This document shows positions 37,302 to 47,537 of a DNA stretch of 64,000 bases, in pieces. This DNA comes from an uncultured Enterobacteriaceae bacterium. Its GTDB lineage: Bacteria; Verrucomicrobiota; Verrucomicrobiia; Opitutales; UBA953. The stretch lies in contig CAZWIK010000007.1 in the NCBI GenBank assembly GCA_964633895.1, positions 104 to 64,103 on the forward strand, in the 5' to 3' direction. The notes under the pieces were generated by a model that saw nothing but the letters and a program-made list of their open reading frames with translations, was not told where the DNA came from and ran no database searches. The stretch's first letter is position 1. Each line of letters begins with the position of its first letter. The position numbers were made by a program, and so were the translations under genes.

Positions 37302-38214
37302 GTGAAGCCGCAAAGCATAGTCATCGTCGGGCTGATTTTCGTCGTCGCGATTTCTCTCGGATTTTTCTTCGTCGGCTCGCATTTCCTGCATAAAAATCAG
37401 GAATATGCGGAGCAGCGTTTTGAAAAGCAAACGCAGGATGCGGAAGCGCGGCGCGGCGAAAAGGTCGCGTCGGCGAAAGACGCGAACGCGGACGATTTTC
37501 AGATCAAGGCGCTGCGGGACCGCATGGAGAAAGCGGTTTACGAGAAAAAAATCTTCTTATCGGGACCTGGGAAAAATCATCAAGAAATCGAAGCGCGGCA
37601 TGAAGCTCTGGTATGCCGCGGAAACGGACGAAGACGTGGAACAGGCGGAACTTTATCTTGAAAAATACAAAGTTCTCGGGGACGCGCTTGCGGCGCGGCG
37701 TCAGGAAAAAGAGAAGGATGCGGATAAATGCGACGCGAAATTCGCCGCGCCGCTGGAACGCTCGCGGAAACTGTCGGAGCAGATGAGCGCGCTGGAAGCG
37801 CGGGCGGACGCGCTCTCGCGAAAGGTTTCCCGGGCGCTTGAACAATACAATAAAACGCAGGGCGAACTCGAAGCGACGCCGACTTTCAAAAAAGGCCCCG
37901 TCGAGAAAAAACTCCGCGCGCAGGAACGGGAAATCAAAACGCAGAAGGCGACGGCGCAGAAACTTCTCGGCGCGGTGGAAAAACTGAAAGAGGAAATCGA
38001 CGAGACGGATTTCGCGATGCGCTCGGCGCAGGAACGCGGAATCAGTCTTCGAGACGAGATTCTGGAGCTTCTGCAGGAAGAAAAACTCTGCCGCGACGCC
38101 TACGCGAAGACCGCTTCGGTGCTGAAATGCGTCGGCGAGATTCAGACGCTCAAAGCGGAAATCCGAAAATTCGAGGCGTCGCGCGAAGACAAAAAAATCG
38201 AAGCGTATCTTTGA
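37302..38214 (+). pseudogene. Membrane-anchored coiled-coil protein split by a frameshift at an A7 run
   Basis: Removing one A at 37545-37551 joins YEKK to SSYRDLGK and gives one 303-aa ORF. Confidence 0.6.
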
Positions 38215-38246
38215 GCGTTCCCGCGCTTGTAAAACGGAAAAACGCG
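38215..38246 (+). repeat. 32-bp intergenic direct repeat, copy 2
   Basis: Identical to 16927-16958. Confidence 0.85.
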
Positions 38247-38305
38247 GCGTTCCCGCTCCATTTTCCTTTAATCTTCGCGCGGCGGATTTTATTATCGGCG
38301 ACAAT

Positions 38306-39196
38306 ATGAGCATTCGATCCATGACCGGTTACGCGCGCTCCGGCTTTTCCGTCGGAGAAACGGATTTCAGCGTCGAGATTTCGTCCGTGAACCAGCGCGG
38401 ACTCTCGGTTTCCGTTTCCGCTCCTGCGGAGTGGACGCCCGCCGCGGAGCGCCTGATCGCGCCGCTCGTGCGTGACTGCGCCTCGCGTGGGAAAATTTCC
38501 GTCGCGATCCGCGCGGGAACGGCGGTTCATGCGGAGGAAATTTTTTCATGGGACGAAGAAGCGGTCGCGCAGACGCTGGAAAAAATGGCGCGTGCCGCGC
38601 GGGTCGCGGGAACGGATTTTCAGCCGACTGCGGAACTTTATCTTCACCTCGCGGAGCTGCACCGCACGCATCGGGACGCGTTCCCGTCGCTCGACGACGG
38701 AGCCGCCGCCGCGGCACTGACCGCCGCCGTCGCCGAAGCTCTCGGCGCATTTTCCACGATGCGCGAATGCGAAGGCGCGAATCTGGAAAAAGACCTGCGG
38801 GAACGCCTGACGCGTCTGCGCGAATGGCGGGAAAAAATCCGCGAGGCGTCCGCGGGAACTGTCGGACATTTTCGCGACGCGCTGAAATCGCGCCTCGCCG
38901 CGTTGGGCGAGGAAATCGATTCGGACGATCCGCGCGTGCTCAAGGAAATCGCGATTTTTGCTGACCGTTGCGACATTTCGGAGGAGCTAACGCGCCTCGA
39001 CAGTCATTTTTCCCAATTCGAAAATGCACTCGGCGAAGCCGAATGCGGACGCAAGCTCGATTTCATCTGCCAGGAGATTCTGCGCGAGCTGAATACGATC
39101 GGGAGCAAGGCAAACAACGCCGCGATAACGCGCTGCGTCGTCGAGGCGAAAAACGAGCAGGAACGCCTGCGGGAACAGGTGCAGAATATCGAGTAG
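38306..39196 (+). CDS. yicC: YicC/YloC family endoribonuclease
   Basis: IRSMTGYAR, DISEELTRL, GRKLDFICQEILRELNTIGSK and REQVQNIE. Confidence 0.94.
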   Translation: MSIRSMTGYARSGFSVGETDFSVEISSVNQRGLSVSVSAPAEWTPAAERLIAPLVRDCASRGKISVAIRAGTAVHAEEIFSWDEEAVAQTLEKMARAARVAGTDFQPTAELYLHLAELHRTHRDAFPSLDDGAAAAALTAAVAEALGAFSTMRECEGANLEKDLRERLTRLREWREKIREASAGTVGHFRDALKSRLAALGEEIDSDDPRVLKEIAIFADRCDISEELTRLDSHFSQFENALGEAECGRKLDFICQEILRELNTIGSKANNAAITRCVVEAKNEQERLREQVQNIE

Positions 39197-39265
39197 CGCG
39201 CGGCGTTCCCGCCTGGGATTTTTTCGTTGCCTTGTCCGTTCTCGCGGGGAAAACTGGAACGCGTC

Positions 39266-40063
39266 ATGATTTACGATTCCCGCCGTTTTCTGCTTATCGC
39301 CGGTCCCTGTTCGCTTGAATGCGAGAACGTCTGCCGCTCGGTCGCGGGCAAGCTCGCGGAGCTTCGTTCCGCGTTCCCGCAGCTGAACATCGTGTTCAAA
39401 GGCTCTTTCGACAAGGCGAACCGGACGTCGCTTTCCGGCGCGCGCGGTCCGGGAATCGCGGCGGGGCTGGAACTTCTCGCGATGGTCAAGCGCGAATACG
39501 GTTTTCCCGTTCTGACGGACATTCACGAGCCCGCGCAGTGCGAGCGCGTCGCGCAGGTTTGCGACGTGTTGCAGATTCCCGCGTTTCTCTGCCGACAGAC
39601 GGATCTGCTCGTCGCCGCCGCGAAGACAGGACGCTGCGTGAACGTCAAGAAGGGGCAGTTTCTTTCTCCGCAGGAAATGCGCTACGTTTACGACAAGCTC
39701 GCGCTTTCCGGCGCGCGGGAAACGTGGCTCACGGACCGCGGCACGTCGTTTGGCTATCAGAATCTGATCGTCGATATGCGCTCTTTTTCGATAATGGGAA
39801 AAAATGGTTGTCCGGCGATCATGGACGCGACGCACAGCGTGCAGCTTCCGGGCGCGATGATGGGCGCGTCCGGCGGGCAGCGCGAGTTCGTTCCCGTGCT
39901 TTCCCGCGCCGCCGTCGCCGCGGGAGCGGACGGTCTCTTCATCGAAACGCACCCCGATCCCGCCAAGGCAATTTCCGACGCGGCGACGCAGCTCCCGCTC
40001 GCGGAACTCGGCGCGCTCGTTTCCGATTGCCTCGACATTTGGGAAATCGTCCGGGAAAAATGA
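39266..40063 (+). CDS. kdsA: KDO 8-phosphate synthase
   Basis: [29 protein letters not shown] and [10 protein letters not shown]. Confidence 0.96.
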   Translation: MIYDSRRFLLIAGPCSLECENVCRSVAGKLAELRSAFPQLNIVFKGSFDKANRTSLSGARGPGIAAGLELLAMVKREYGFPVLTDIHEPAQCERVAQVCDVLQIPAFLCRQTDLLVAAAKTGRCVNVKKGQFLSPQEMRYVYDKLALSGARETWLTDRGTSFGYQNLIVDMRSFSIMGKNGCPAIMDATHSVQLPGAMMGASGGQREFVPVLSRAAVAAGADGLFIETHPDPAKAISDAATQLPLAELGALVSDCLDIWEIVREK

Positions 40064-40163
40064 GTCCGCGGCGCGCGCCTTCTTCGGGCGTTCCCGCGCG
40101 GCTTTGAGTTGAAAAACGGGCGGGCGGGAGTATCATCAAATCACGTATCCCGAATCTTTTTTT

Positions 40164-42218
40164 ATGAGTTACGCGCTTTCCCGTTTTAATGCCGTGCGAC
40201 GCCCGACGCGCGAAGTTTCCGTCGGCGGAGTCGGCATTGGCGGCGGAAATCCGATCCGCTTCCAGTCGATGACGACGACGAACACGCTCGACGTCGCGGG
40301 AACAGTCGCCCAGTGCATCAGGCTCGCGGAAGCGGGAAGCGAGCTGATTCGGATCACCGCTCCGACGGTCGAGGCCGCGCGCGCGCTGCGCGAAATTCAT
40401 CGCGCTTTCCGCGAAGCGGGATTTTCTCAGCCGCTGGTCGCCGACATTCACTTTCTGCCGGCGGCGGCGATGGAAGCGATCGAGCACGTCGAAAAAGTCC
40501 GCATCAATCCCGGAAATTACGCGGACAGGCGTTCGGCGTTCCCGCGCGATTACACGGACGCGGAATACGCGGCGGAGCTGGAGCGCGTCGCGGAAGCGGT
40601 CTCGCCGCTGATCCGCCGCGCGAAGACGCTCGGCCGCGCGATCCGCATCGGCACGAATCACGGCTCGCTTTCCGAGCGGACGCTGAACCGTTTCGGCGAT
40701 ACGCCGGCGGGAATGGTCGAGGCGGCGATGGAATTTGTCCGCATCTGCGAAGCCGAAGGATTTTACGATCTCGTACTTTCGATGAAATCGTCGAACGTGC
40801 GCGTGATGATCGAGGCGTATCGGCTCGCCGTGAAAACGATGCGCGACAACGGAATGAATTATCCCGTGCATCTCGGCGTGACCGAAGCGGGCGAGGGCGA
40901 GGACGCGCGGATCAAATCCGCCGTCGGAATCGGTTCGCTTCTACTCGACGGCATCGGCGACACGATCCGCGTCTCGCTCACGGAAGACCCGTGGCGCGAG
41001 CTTCCCGCATGCCGCGAAATCGCTTCCCGCATCGAAAAAATCTGCACGCGTCCGAGCGATCCCAATCCCGTTCCCGCACCGGTGCGCGACACGGACATCG
41101 AGGCGTTTTCCTATCGCCGCCGGAAAATCGTTCCCGCGGAACTCGGCTCGGGCGTGAGAATTTCCTCGGACGAGCCGCCGCGCGTGTTCGCGTTCATCGA
41201 TGCGGAAAAGCCGCTCGCCGACACGGTGGCGGAGCTGCAGACGCTTCTCGACGAAACGCGCGGAAGGACGCCGGTCGAAGGTCTCGTGCTCCCGATGGCG
41301 ACGGAGAGCGATCTCGCCGCCGCCTGCGAAATTCAGGCAATGTTCGAAAACGAAATTCCGGCGTTCGTCTTCGATCCCGTGAAAACGAGCGTTCCCGCGC
41401 TTTTCGAAAAACTTTCCCCGTCGAAAAAATCCGCGACATACATTCAGCGGCGCTTCAATCCCGCGAACGCGGAAATCATTCCCGACTGGATCGCGCTCTG
41501 CCGCGCAAAAAACATCGGGCTTGTCGTCGACGCGACGGCGGGCGCGCGCGCGGCGGTCATTCCCGCGCTGGAAGGATTTCCGCAGGACAAACTCATTTTT
41601 ACATCGAGCCGGAAAAGCCCGGACGCGCACCCCGTCGGCGTTTACCGAAAACTCGCGCAGATGCTGGCGAACGCGGGAATTCTCGCGCCGATTTGGATAC
41701 GCTCCACCGTGAAAAACACAATCCTGCCGCTGCCGAAATTCGGCGGCGGGAACGACGCGCGCGTCGAGGCTTCCCTGCTCGCGGGATCGTTGCTGTGCGA
41801 CGGCATCGGCGACGTGCTCAGCGTGGAGCTTTCTTCGTCTCCGGCGCGCAACGTCGCGCTCGCGTATGACATTCTTCAGGCGGCGCGTTCCCGCCGTTTC
41901 AAGACGGAATACATCGCGTGCCCAAGCTGCGGGCGCACACAATACGACATTCAGGAAACCGTGAAAAAAATCAAGGAGCGCACGGGGCATCTGAGCGGCG
42001 TTACCATCGGCGTGATGGGTTGCATCGTGAACGGTCCCGGCGAAATGGCGGACGCGGATTTCGGCTACGTCGGCGGCGCTCCCGGGAAAATCAATCTCTA
42101 CGTGCGCAAGGAATGCGTGGCGCGCGGAATCCCGCAGGAAGAAGCCGTCGAACGCCTCATCGAGCTGATTAAAAAACACGGGAAGTGGAAAGAAAAAGAC
42201 GAAAGCCGCGCGGCATGA
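40164..42218 (+). CDS. ispG: HMBPP synthase, long (inserted-domain) form
   Basis: QSMTTT, VADIHF, RINPGN, RIGTNHGSLS and IACPSCGRT...GCIVNGPGE. Confidence 0.96.
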   Translation: MSYALSRFNAVRRPTREVSVGGVGIGGGNPIRFQSMTTTNTLDVAGTVAQCIRLAEAGSELIRITAPTVEAARALREIHRAFREAGFSQPLVADIHFLPAAAMEAIEHVEKVRINPGNYADRRSAFPRDYTDAEYAAELERVAEAVSPLIRRAKTLGRAIRIGTNHGSLSERTLNRFGDTPAGMVEAAMEFVRICEAEGFYDLVLSMKSSNVRVMIEAYRLAVKTMRDNGMNYPVHLGVTEAGEGEDARIKSAVGIGSLLLDGIGDTIRVSLTEDPWRELPACREIASRIEKICTRPSDPNPVPAPVRDTDIEAFSYRRRKIVPAELGSGVRISSDEPPRVFAFIDAEKPLADTVAELQTLLDETRGRTPVEGLVLPMATESDLAAACEIQAMFENEIPAFVFDPVKTSVPALFEKLSPSKKSATYIQRRFNPANAEIIPDWIALCRAKNIGLVVDATAGARAAVIPALEGFPQDKLIFTSSRKSPDAHPVGVYRKLAQMLANAGILAPIWIRSTVKNTILPLPKFGGGNDARVEASLLAGSLLCDGIGDVLSVELSSSPARNVALAYDILQAARSRRFKTEYIACPSCGRTQYDIQETVKKIKERTGHLSGVTIGVMGCIVNGPGEMADADFGYVGGAPGKINLYVRKECVARGIPQEEAVERLIELIKKHGKWKEKDESRAA

Positions 42219-42682
42219 AAATTTTATTCGTCTGCCTGGGCAATATCTGCCGCTCGCCCGCCGCGAACGGCGTGTTCGACTCGATGCTCGCCGAAAAAAA
42301 TCTCACGGGAACGCATTCGTGTGATTCCTGTGGAACCGGCGACTGGCATATCGGGCAGTTTCCCGACGCGCGGATGCGCGCCGCGGGAACGCGCCGCGGC
42401 TATGATTTTCGGCACCGCGCTCGGCAACTGCGCGCGGACGATTACGAAAAATTCGATCTGATTCTCGCGATGGACGACGAAAATTTCGCCGACATTCGCG
42501 ACCGCGCTCCCGCGGGAACGGATTTGTCCAAAATCCTCCGCTTCGCGGAATTCTGCACGGGAAAATTCGCGGGAACGCCGTTCGTTCCCGATCCGTATTA
42601 CGGCGGCGAAAAAGACTTCGAACACGTGCTCGACATCATCGAGAACGGCTGCGCCGCGCTTCTCGACGGTCTCGGAAAATGA
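42215..42682 (+). CDS. Low molecular weight protein-tyrosine phosphatase
   Basis: CLGNICRS P-loop and DPYYG. Confidence 0.92.
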   Translation: MKILFVCLGNICRSPAANGVFDSMLAEKNLTGTHSCDSCGTGDWHIGQFPDARMRAAGTRRGYDFRHRARQLRADDYEKFDLILAMDDENFADIRDRAPAGTDLSKILRFAEFCTGKFAGTPFVPDPYYGGEKDFEHVLDIIENGCAALLDGLGK

Positions 42683-42774
42683 TTCTCCGCGGGAACGCTC
42701 GGCGAAAATACGGGTCTCCGAGTTCTCCAGCGGGAAATGAATTTTTCGCGGCTTTCTCCGCGCGGGGAAAAAAA

Positions 42775-43563
42775 TTATTTTTTCACCAGATTCGACAAAT
42801 CGGCGTGCGTCCATTTTCCGCGCGGTTTGTCGATATACTGAAAATATTCGTTGGCGAAAAATCCCTGCACGCAGACGTTCCCGCGCTTGCGGAACGCGAA
42901 ATTTTTTCCTTTCATGACGCTGTTCAGGGCCGCCGGTCCCGTCGTTTCGAACACGCTTTCGCGCCCCGTGTGCGCGAGAATGTTTTTCCGGATTTCTTCG
43001 AGAACGCGCTTGAAATCTTCGTTGCCCGGAGCGGTCGCGAGGAAAAAATTCGTGAGGTCGTCCTTCGTTTTTCCCGTGTAGAGCGCGGTCGTTTCGTTTT
43101 TGAGAATTTCTTCCAGCGGACAGACGAGCGTCGCGTCGATGTCCATGTAGACGCCGCCGTGAACGTAGAGTGCCGCAATTCTCCAGAAATCCGCCTGCGC
43201 CGCGCCGTTGGTCAGTTTTGAATAAATTTCTTCCGCGTCGGGCATAAACGGAATCGGCGTGTTTTTGAAAAATTCCGCGCGCGCTTCCGTGCTGACGTAG
43301 CGGTATTCGAAGCCGCGCGACATCAGGCGGTTGTATTTCCAATTCAGAAAAACGGGCAGCGCGCATTTTTCGGAAAAATTCGTCTGCCAAAGGATCCGCG
43401 GGATCGCATCGCCTGTGGGAACGCGTTCCCGCCGCCGCGCCGCGTCCTTTTCCGGAATGGAAAACCGCCGCTTCGGAAAAATCAGATGAAAAAAGTATGA
43501 AAACACTTTTACGGCATTTCCGAGAAGTTTGGTCAAGACGGATGAAACGGGAACGGGAAGCAT
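42775..43563 (-). CDS. Glycosyltransferase family 32 (DXD sugar-binding) protein
   Basis: IPRILWQT, ADFWRIAALYVHGGVYMDID and TGP. Confidence 0.85.
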   Translation of the reverse strand: MLPVPVSSVLTKLLGNAVKVFSYFFHLIFPKRRFSIPEKDAARRRERVPTGDAIPRILWQTNFSEKCALPVFLNWKYNRLMSRGFEYRYVSTEARAEFFKNTPIPFMPDAEEIYSKLTNGAAQADFWRIAALYVHGGVYMDIDATLVCPLEEILKNETTALYTGKTKDDLTNFFLATAPGNEDFKRVLEEIRKNILAHTGRESVFETTGPAALNSVMKGKNFAFRKRGNVCVQGFFANEYFQYIDKPRGKWTHADLSNLVKK

Positions 43564-43671
43564 TGATAAAAAGGCTAAATCGTTTTTTTTTTGAGCAACC
43601 CAATTCGGGAAACGGGACGTTTTTTTTCCGCTTTTCGTCGAGATTAAAGCGCATTAGTCTTGCGCGCAACT

Positions 43672-44772
43672 ATGAATTTGAAAATTGCGGTTTTGCCGGG
43701 CGATTACATCGGACCGGAAGTTATGGACGCGGCGCTGCCGATTCTCGAAAAGGCACTCGAAAAACACGGTCACGCGCTCGAATATTCCGTGCATCCGGTC
43801 GGCGGCGCGGGAATCGACGCCTGCGGGAAGGCACTTCCCGACGAAACGCTCGCGTCATGCCGCGCGGCGGACGCGATTTTGTTCGGCTCGGTCGGCGGTC
43901 CGAAATGGAAAGACGTGCCGCGCAACGAACAGCCGGAACGCGGCGCGCTGCTTCCTTTGCGCAAGCAGTTCGAGCTTTTCGCGAATGTGCGTCCGGGACT
44001 GCTCCTGCCGTCGCTGATGCAGTCTTCTCCGATCGCTCCCGCGCGAATTCCGAACGGAATCGACATGGTCTGCATCCGCGAACTGACGGGCGGAATTTAT
44101 TTCGGACAGCCCAAGCAGACGACGACGCTCCCGGACGGCGAAACCGAAGCCGTCGATACAATGCGCTACCGCACGAGCGAAATCGTCCGCATCACGGACG
44201 TCGCGATCGCGGCGGCGCGCGCGCGGGAACGCAGAACGATTTGTCTCGTCGACAAATCCAATGTGCTCGAAACATCCGTGCTTTGGAACAAGGTCGTGCG
44301 GGAACGCGTCGCGGAAACCGCGCCCGACGTCGCACTCACGCATTTGCTCGTGGACAACGCCGCGATGCAGCTCGTCGCAAATCCGGGGCAGTTCGACGTG
44401 TTGCTCACCGAAAATATGTTCGGCGACATTCTTTCCGACGAAATGGCGGTCGTCTGCGGCTCGCTCGGAATGCTTTCGTCCGCTTCGATCGGCGCGCAGA
44501 AAAACCGCCACGGCTTTCCGTTCGGGCTTTACGAGCCGTCCGGCGGGAGCGCGCCCGACATCGCGGGGCAGGACAAGGCGAATCCCTGCGCACAGATTCT
44601 TTCCGCCGCGCTGATGCTGCGCTACAGCTTCGGGCTGAACGACGTCGCCGCGGAAATCGAATCCGCCGTCCGCGCCGCGATCGACGCGGGAACGCGCACG
44701 GGCGACATTGCGTTCGGCGGCGCTTCCGTCGGAACGAAGGCGATGGCGGCGGCGATTCTGGAAAAAATTTAA
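43672..44772 (+). CDS. leuB: 3-isopropylmalate dehydrogenase
   Basis: LPGDYIGPEV, GSVGGPKW, NMFGDILSDE and YEPSGGSAPDIAG. Confidence 0.96.
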   Translation: MNLKIAVLPGDYIGPEVMDAALPILEKALEKHGHALEYSVHPVGGAGIDACGKALPDETLASCRAADAILFGSVGGPKWKDVPRNEQPERGALLPLRKQFELFANVRPGLLLPSLMQSSPIAPARIPNGIDMVCIRELTGGIYFGQPKQTTTLPDGETEAVDTMRYRTSEIVRITDVAIAAARARERRTICLVDKSNVLETSVLWNKVVRERVAETAPDVALTHLLVDNAAMQLVANPGQFDVLLTENMFGDILSDEMAVVCGSLGMLSSASIGAQKNRHGFPFGLYEPSGGSAPDIAGQDKANPCAQILSAALMLRYSFGLNDVAAEIESAVRAAIDAGTRTGDIAFGGASVGTKAMAAAILEKI

Positions 44773-44785
44773 GCCGAAAAAAAAC

Positions 44786-47407
44786 TTGGAGGTTTCGCCG
44801 GAAAGTCTCCCGATTTTTGAACTGCGGGAACGCCTGAAAGCCGCGTGCGGACGTTCCCGCCGAATCGTTTTGCAGGCGCCGACAGGTTCGGGAAAATCGA
44901 CTCAGATTCCGCAGATGCTACTCGACGACGGACTCGTTCCCGCAGGCGGGCAGATCGTCGTGCTCCAGCCGCGCCGACTGCCGACGCGGATGCTCGCGGC
45001 GCGCATCGCGCGGGAACGCGGCTGTCCGCTCGGCGGCGAAGTCGGCTATCAGATCCGTTTCGATCGTATCGAATCCGAGGATACGCGGATAAAATTCGTT
45101 ACGGAGGGTCTGCTCTTGCGCCGACTTCTCGGCGGGAACGAGGGCGGCGACGCTTCCCGCATCGGCGCGATCGTCTTCGACGAGTTTCACGAACGGCATC
45201 TTTATTCCGATCTGACGCTCGCAATTGCACTTGAAATGCAGCGCACGACGCGTCCGGATCTGCTGATCGTCGTGATGTCCGCGACGCTCGACACGGAATC
45301 GCTCTCGACGTGGCTTTCTCCCTGCGAGACGCTTTCGGCGCAGGGGCGAATGTTTCCGATCGAAATCGAATATTCCGCCGCCGCGTCAGGGCTCGCGGGA
45401 ACGCGGAATCGCGCCGGATTTCCGCCGCGCCGCGCGGTCTGGGATCACGCCGCCGCCGCGTTCCGCAAAGCGTATCACGACGAACCGGAAGGCGATTTTC
45501 TCGTCTTCATGCCCGGCGCGTATGAAATTTCGAAAACGATCGCCGCGATCGCGGGAACGCCGGAGGGACGCGATTGCGCGGTGTTGCCGCTCTACGGCGA
45601 GCTTTCCTCGGAGGCGCAGGACCGCGCGGTCGCTCCCGCGCCTGCGGGAACGCGCAAGGTCGTCGTCTCAACGAATGTCGCGGAAACTTCGCTGACGATT
45701 CCCGGCGTGCGCGTCGTCATCGATTCCGGCTTGGCACGCGTCGCTCGCTATGATCCGCATCGCGGCATCAACATGCTGCTGATAGAAAACATTTCCCGAA
45801 GCTCCGCGGATCAGCGCGCCGGACGCGCCGGCCGCACAGCACCCGGACGATGCGTGCGCCTTTGGTCGCGTTCGGAACACGAGAGCCGCGCCGCGCGCGA
45901 CGTTCCCGAAATCCGTCGCGTCGAGCTTTCCGAAGCTGTTCTGCTTCTGAAAGCGGGCGGTATCCAGAATCTGGATGCCTTCCCGTGGTTCGAAAAGCCT
46001 GACGGGAACGCGCTCGCGGAATCGCTTTCGCTGCTGCGTGATCTCGGCGCGGTCGACGCGGCGGGAACACTGACGGCGACGGGCGCGGCGATGGCGCGTT
46101 TTCCGCTGCATCCGCGCTATTCTCGAATGATGCTCGCCGCCCGCGGACTCGGCTGCGCGCGTCAGGTCGCGTTTGTCGCGGCGATGGCGCAGGGGCGCGA
46201 CGTCATGCTCGACCTTGCGGATCGCCGCCGCGCGGAGGAACGCGAGGAGTTACTCGGCGAAACGGATTCCGACTTTTTTCATCGGCTTACGCTGCTCGGC
46301 ATGGCGCGGGAAAAAGATTTCGACGCCGAATTTTGCCGCCACTGGGGCATTCACGCGGGCGCGGCGCGGCAGGCGGACAAGCTCGCGGCGCAGTTTTTGA
46401 AAATCGCTGAGTCCGTTTTTTCGCGGGAACGCGGAGCGGACGCGGGAACGGAAAAAGAAGCGGATTCGGATGTCCACGATGCGGTGCGGCAGTGCCTTTT
46501 GCTCGGCTTTGTTTCTCAGCTCGCGCGGCGCATCGACGCGGGAACGCTGCGCTGCCGCCTTGTCCGCGGACGCGCCGGAGAACTGCGTCGCGGGAGCGCT
46601 GTGCGTCACGCAAAGCTTTTCGTCGCGGCGGAAGTCGAGGAAATTCAGACGCGCGGCGAAGTAACGGTTTTCCTTTCGCTCGCGACGGCGGTCGAGGAAG
46701 CGTGGCTCGAAAAATATTTTCCGGACGATTTTGAAACGCGGGATTCCGTTTTTTTCGATTCGGTTCAAAAGCGTGTGCTCACGCGGCGGGAACGCGTTTT
46801 TCGCGGTCTGGTCATGAGTTCGCGGGAACTGGCGGACGTCGCCGGAGACGCGGCGTCGCGCCTGCTCGCGGAAGAAGTGCTCGCCGGACGGCTTGCGCTT
46901 GAAAAATGGGATTCGCAGGTCGAAGCGTGGATTTGCAAAGTGAATTTCGCGGCGGCGCATTGTCCGGAACTGGGCATCGCGCCGATCGACGACGAAGGGC
47001 GGCGAATGCTCGTCGAAGAGCTTTGCCTCGGCGCGACGGCGTATCGCGATATCCGCGAGAAGCCGGTCTGGAAAACGCTTCGCGGCTGGCTTTCGCGGGA
47101 ACAGGAAGCGGCGATGGAATCGCTTTTGCCGGATTCGATTTCGCTTCCGCGCAAAAAACATCCGGCGAAAATCGTCTACACGGAAGACTGCGAGGCGGTC
47201 GTCGGCGCGACGGTGCAGGAACTCTACGACGTCGCGGGAACGCGGCTGAAAATCTGCGGCGGGCGCGTGCCGCTCGTCGTGGAAGTGCAGTCGCCCGCGC
47301 GGCGGACGGTGCAGCGCACGACGGATCTCGACGCTTTCTGGAAAACTTCTTACGAACACGTGAAAAAAGATTTGAAAGGTCGCTATCCCAAACACGAGTG
47401 GCGCTGA
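44786..47407 (+). CDS. hrpB: ATP-dependent RNA helicase HrpB
   Basis: APTGSGKST, FDEFHER, MSAT, QRAGRAGR and C-terminal LKGRYPKHEW; probable TTG start at 44786. Confidence 0.94.
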   Translation: MEVSPESLPIFELRERLKAACGRSRRIVLQAPTGSGKSTQIPQMLLDDGLVPAGGQIVVLQPRRLPTRMLAARIARERGCPLGGEVGYQIRFDRIESEDTRIKFVTEGLLLRRLLGGNEGGDASRIGAIVFDEFHERHLYSDLTLAIALEMQRTTRPDLLIVVMSATLDTESLSTWLSPCETLSAQGRMFPIEIEYSAAASGLAGTRNRAGFPPRRAVWDHAAAAFRKAYHDEPEGDFLVFMPGAYEISKTIAAIAGTPEGRDCAVLPLYGELSSEAQDRAVAPAPAGTRKVVVSTNVAETSLTIPGVRVVIDSGLARVARYDPHRGINMLLIENISRSSADQRAGRAGRTAPGRCVRLWSRSEHESRAARDVPEIRRVELSEAVLLLKAGGIQNLDAFPWFEKPDGNALAESLSLLRDLGAVDAAGTLTATGAAMARFPLHPRYSRMMLAARGLGCARQVAFVAAMAQGRDVMLDLADRRRAEEREELLGETDSDFFHRLTLLGMAREKDFDAEFCRHWGIHAGAARQADKLAAQFLKIAESVFSRERGADAGTEKEADSDVHDAVRQCLLLGFVSQLARRIDAGTLRCRLVRGRAGELRRGSAVRHAKLFVAAEVEEIQTRGEVTVFLSLATAVEEAWLEKYFPDDFETRDSVFFDSVQKRVLTRRERVFRGLVMSSRELADVAGDAASRLLAEEVLAGRLALEKWDSQVEAWICKVNFAAAHCPELGIAPIDDEGRRMLVEELCLGATAYRDIREKPVWKTLRGWLSREQEAAMESLLPDSISLPRKKHPAKIVYTEDCEAVVGATVQELYDVAGTRLKICGGRVPLVVEVQSPARRTVQRTTDLDAFWKTSYEHVKKDLKGRYPKHEWR

Positions 47408-47537
47408 CGTTCCCGCGATGCGGAATGATTTTTTTTTCGTGTGAATATGTTTTTCTTTCATTTGAGACAATTTGCGGATAACCTTTTCTGCAATGAGAGG
47501 CTTGGATTTCATACCCCCCCCCCGAAAACTTAACTGA

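Larger units (their letters stand above)
7487..47260. repeat. Highly iterated dispersed motif (C)GCGGGAACG / CGTTCCCGC(G)
   Basis: About 25 exact 9-mer copies counted by eye in 7487-12130 alone, on both strands. Palindromic doublets at 7487-7504, 14540-14557, 18759-18774, 20531-20548 and 36411-36426. Confidence 0.95.

Noticed and set aside
40164-42218. Long ispG as a novel fusion
   Set aside because: The inserted-domain form of IspG is already known from plants, Chlamydiae, Bacteroidetes and related groups.
42215-42682. LMW-PTP as the YwlE-type arginine phosphatase partner of McsB
   Set aside because: The P-loop is CLGNICRS (Tyr-phosphatase type) rather than the Thr-containing YwlE loop, and it is 30 kb from mcsB.
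7487-47260. Abundant motif as CRISPR repeat, Chi/KOPS or restriction site
   Set aside because: Spacing is irregular and mostly intragenic, both strands are used within the same gene, and it is enriched rather than avoided.
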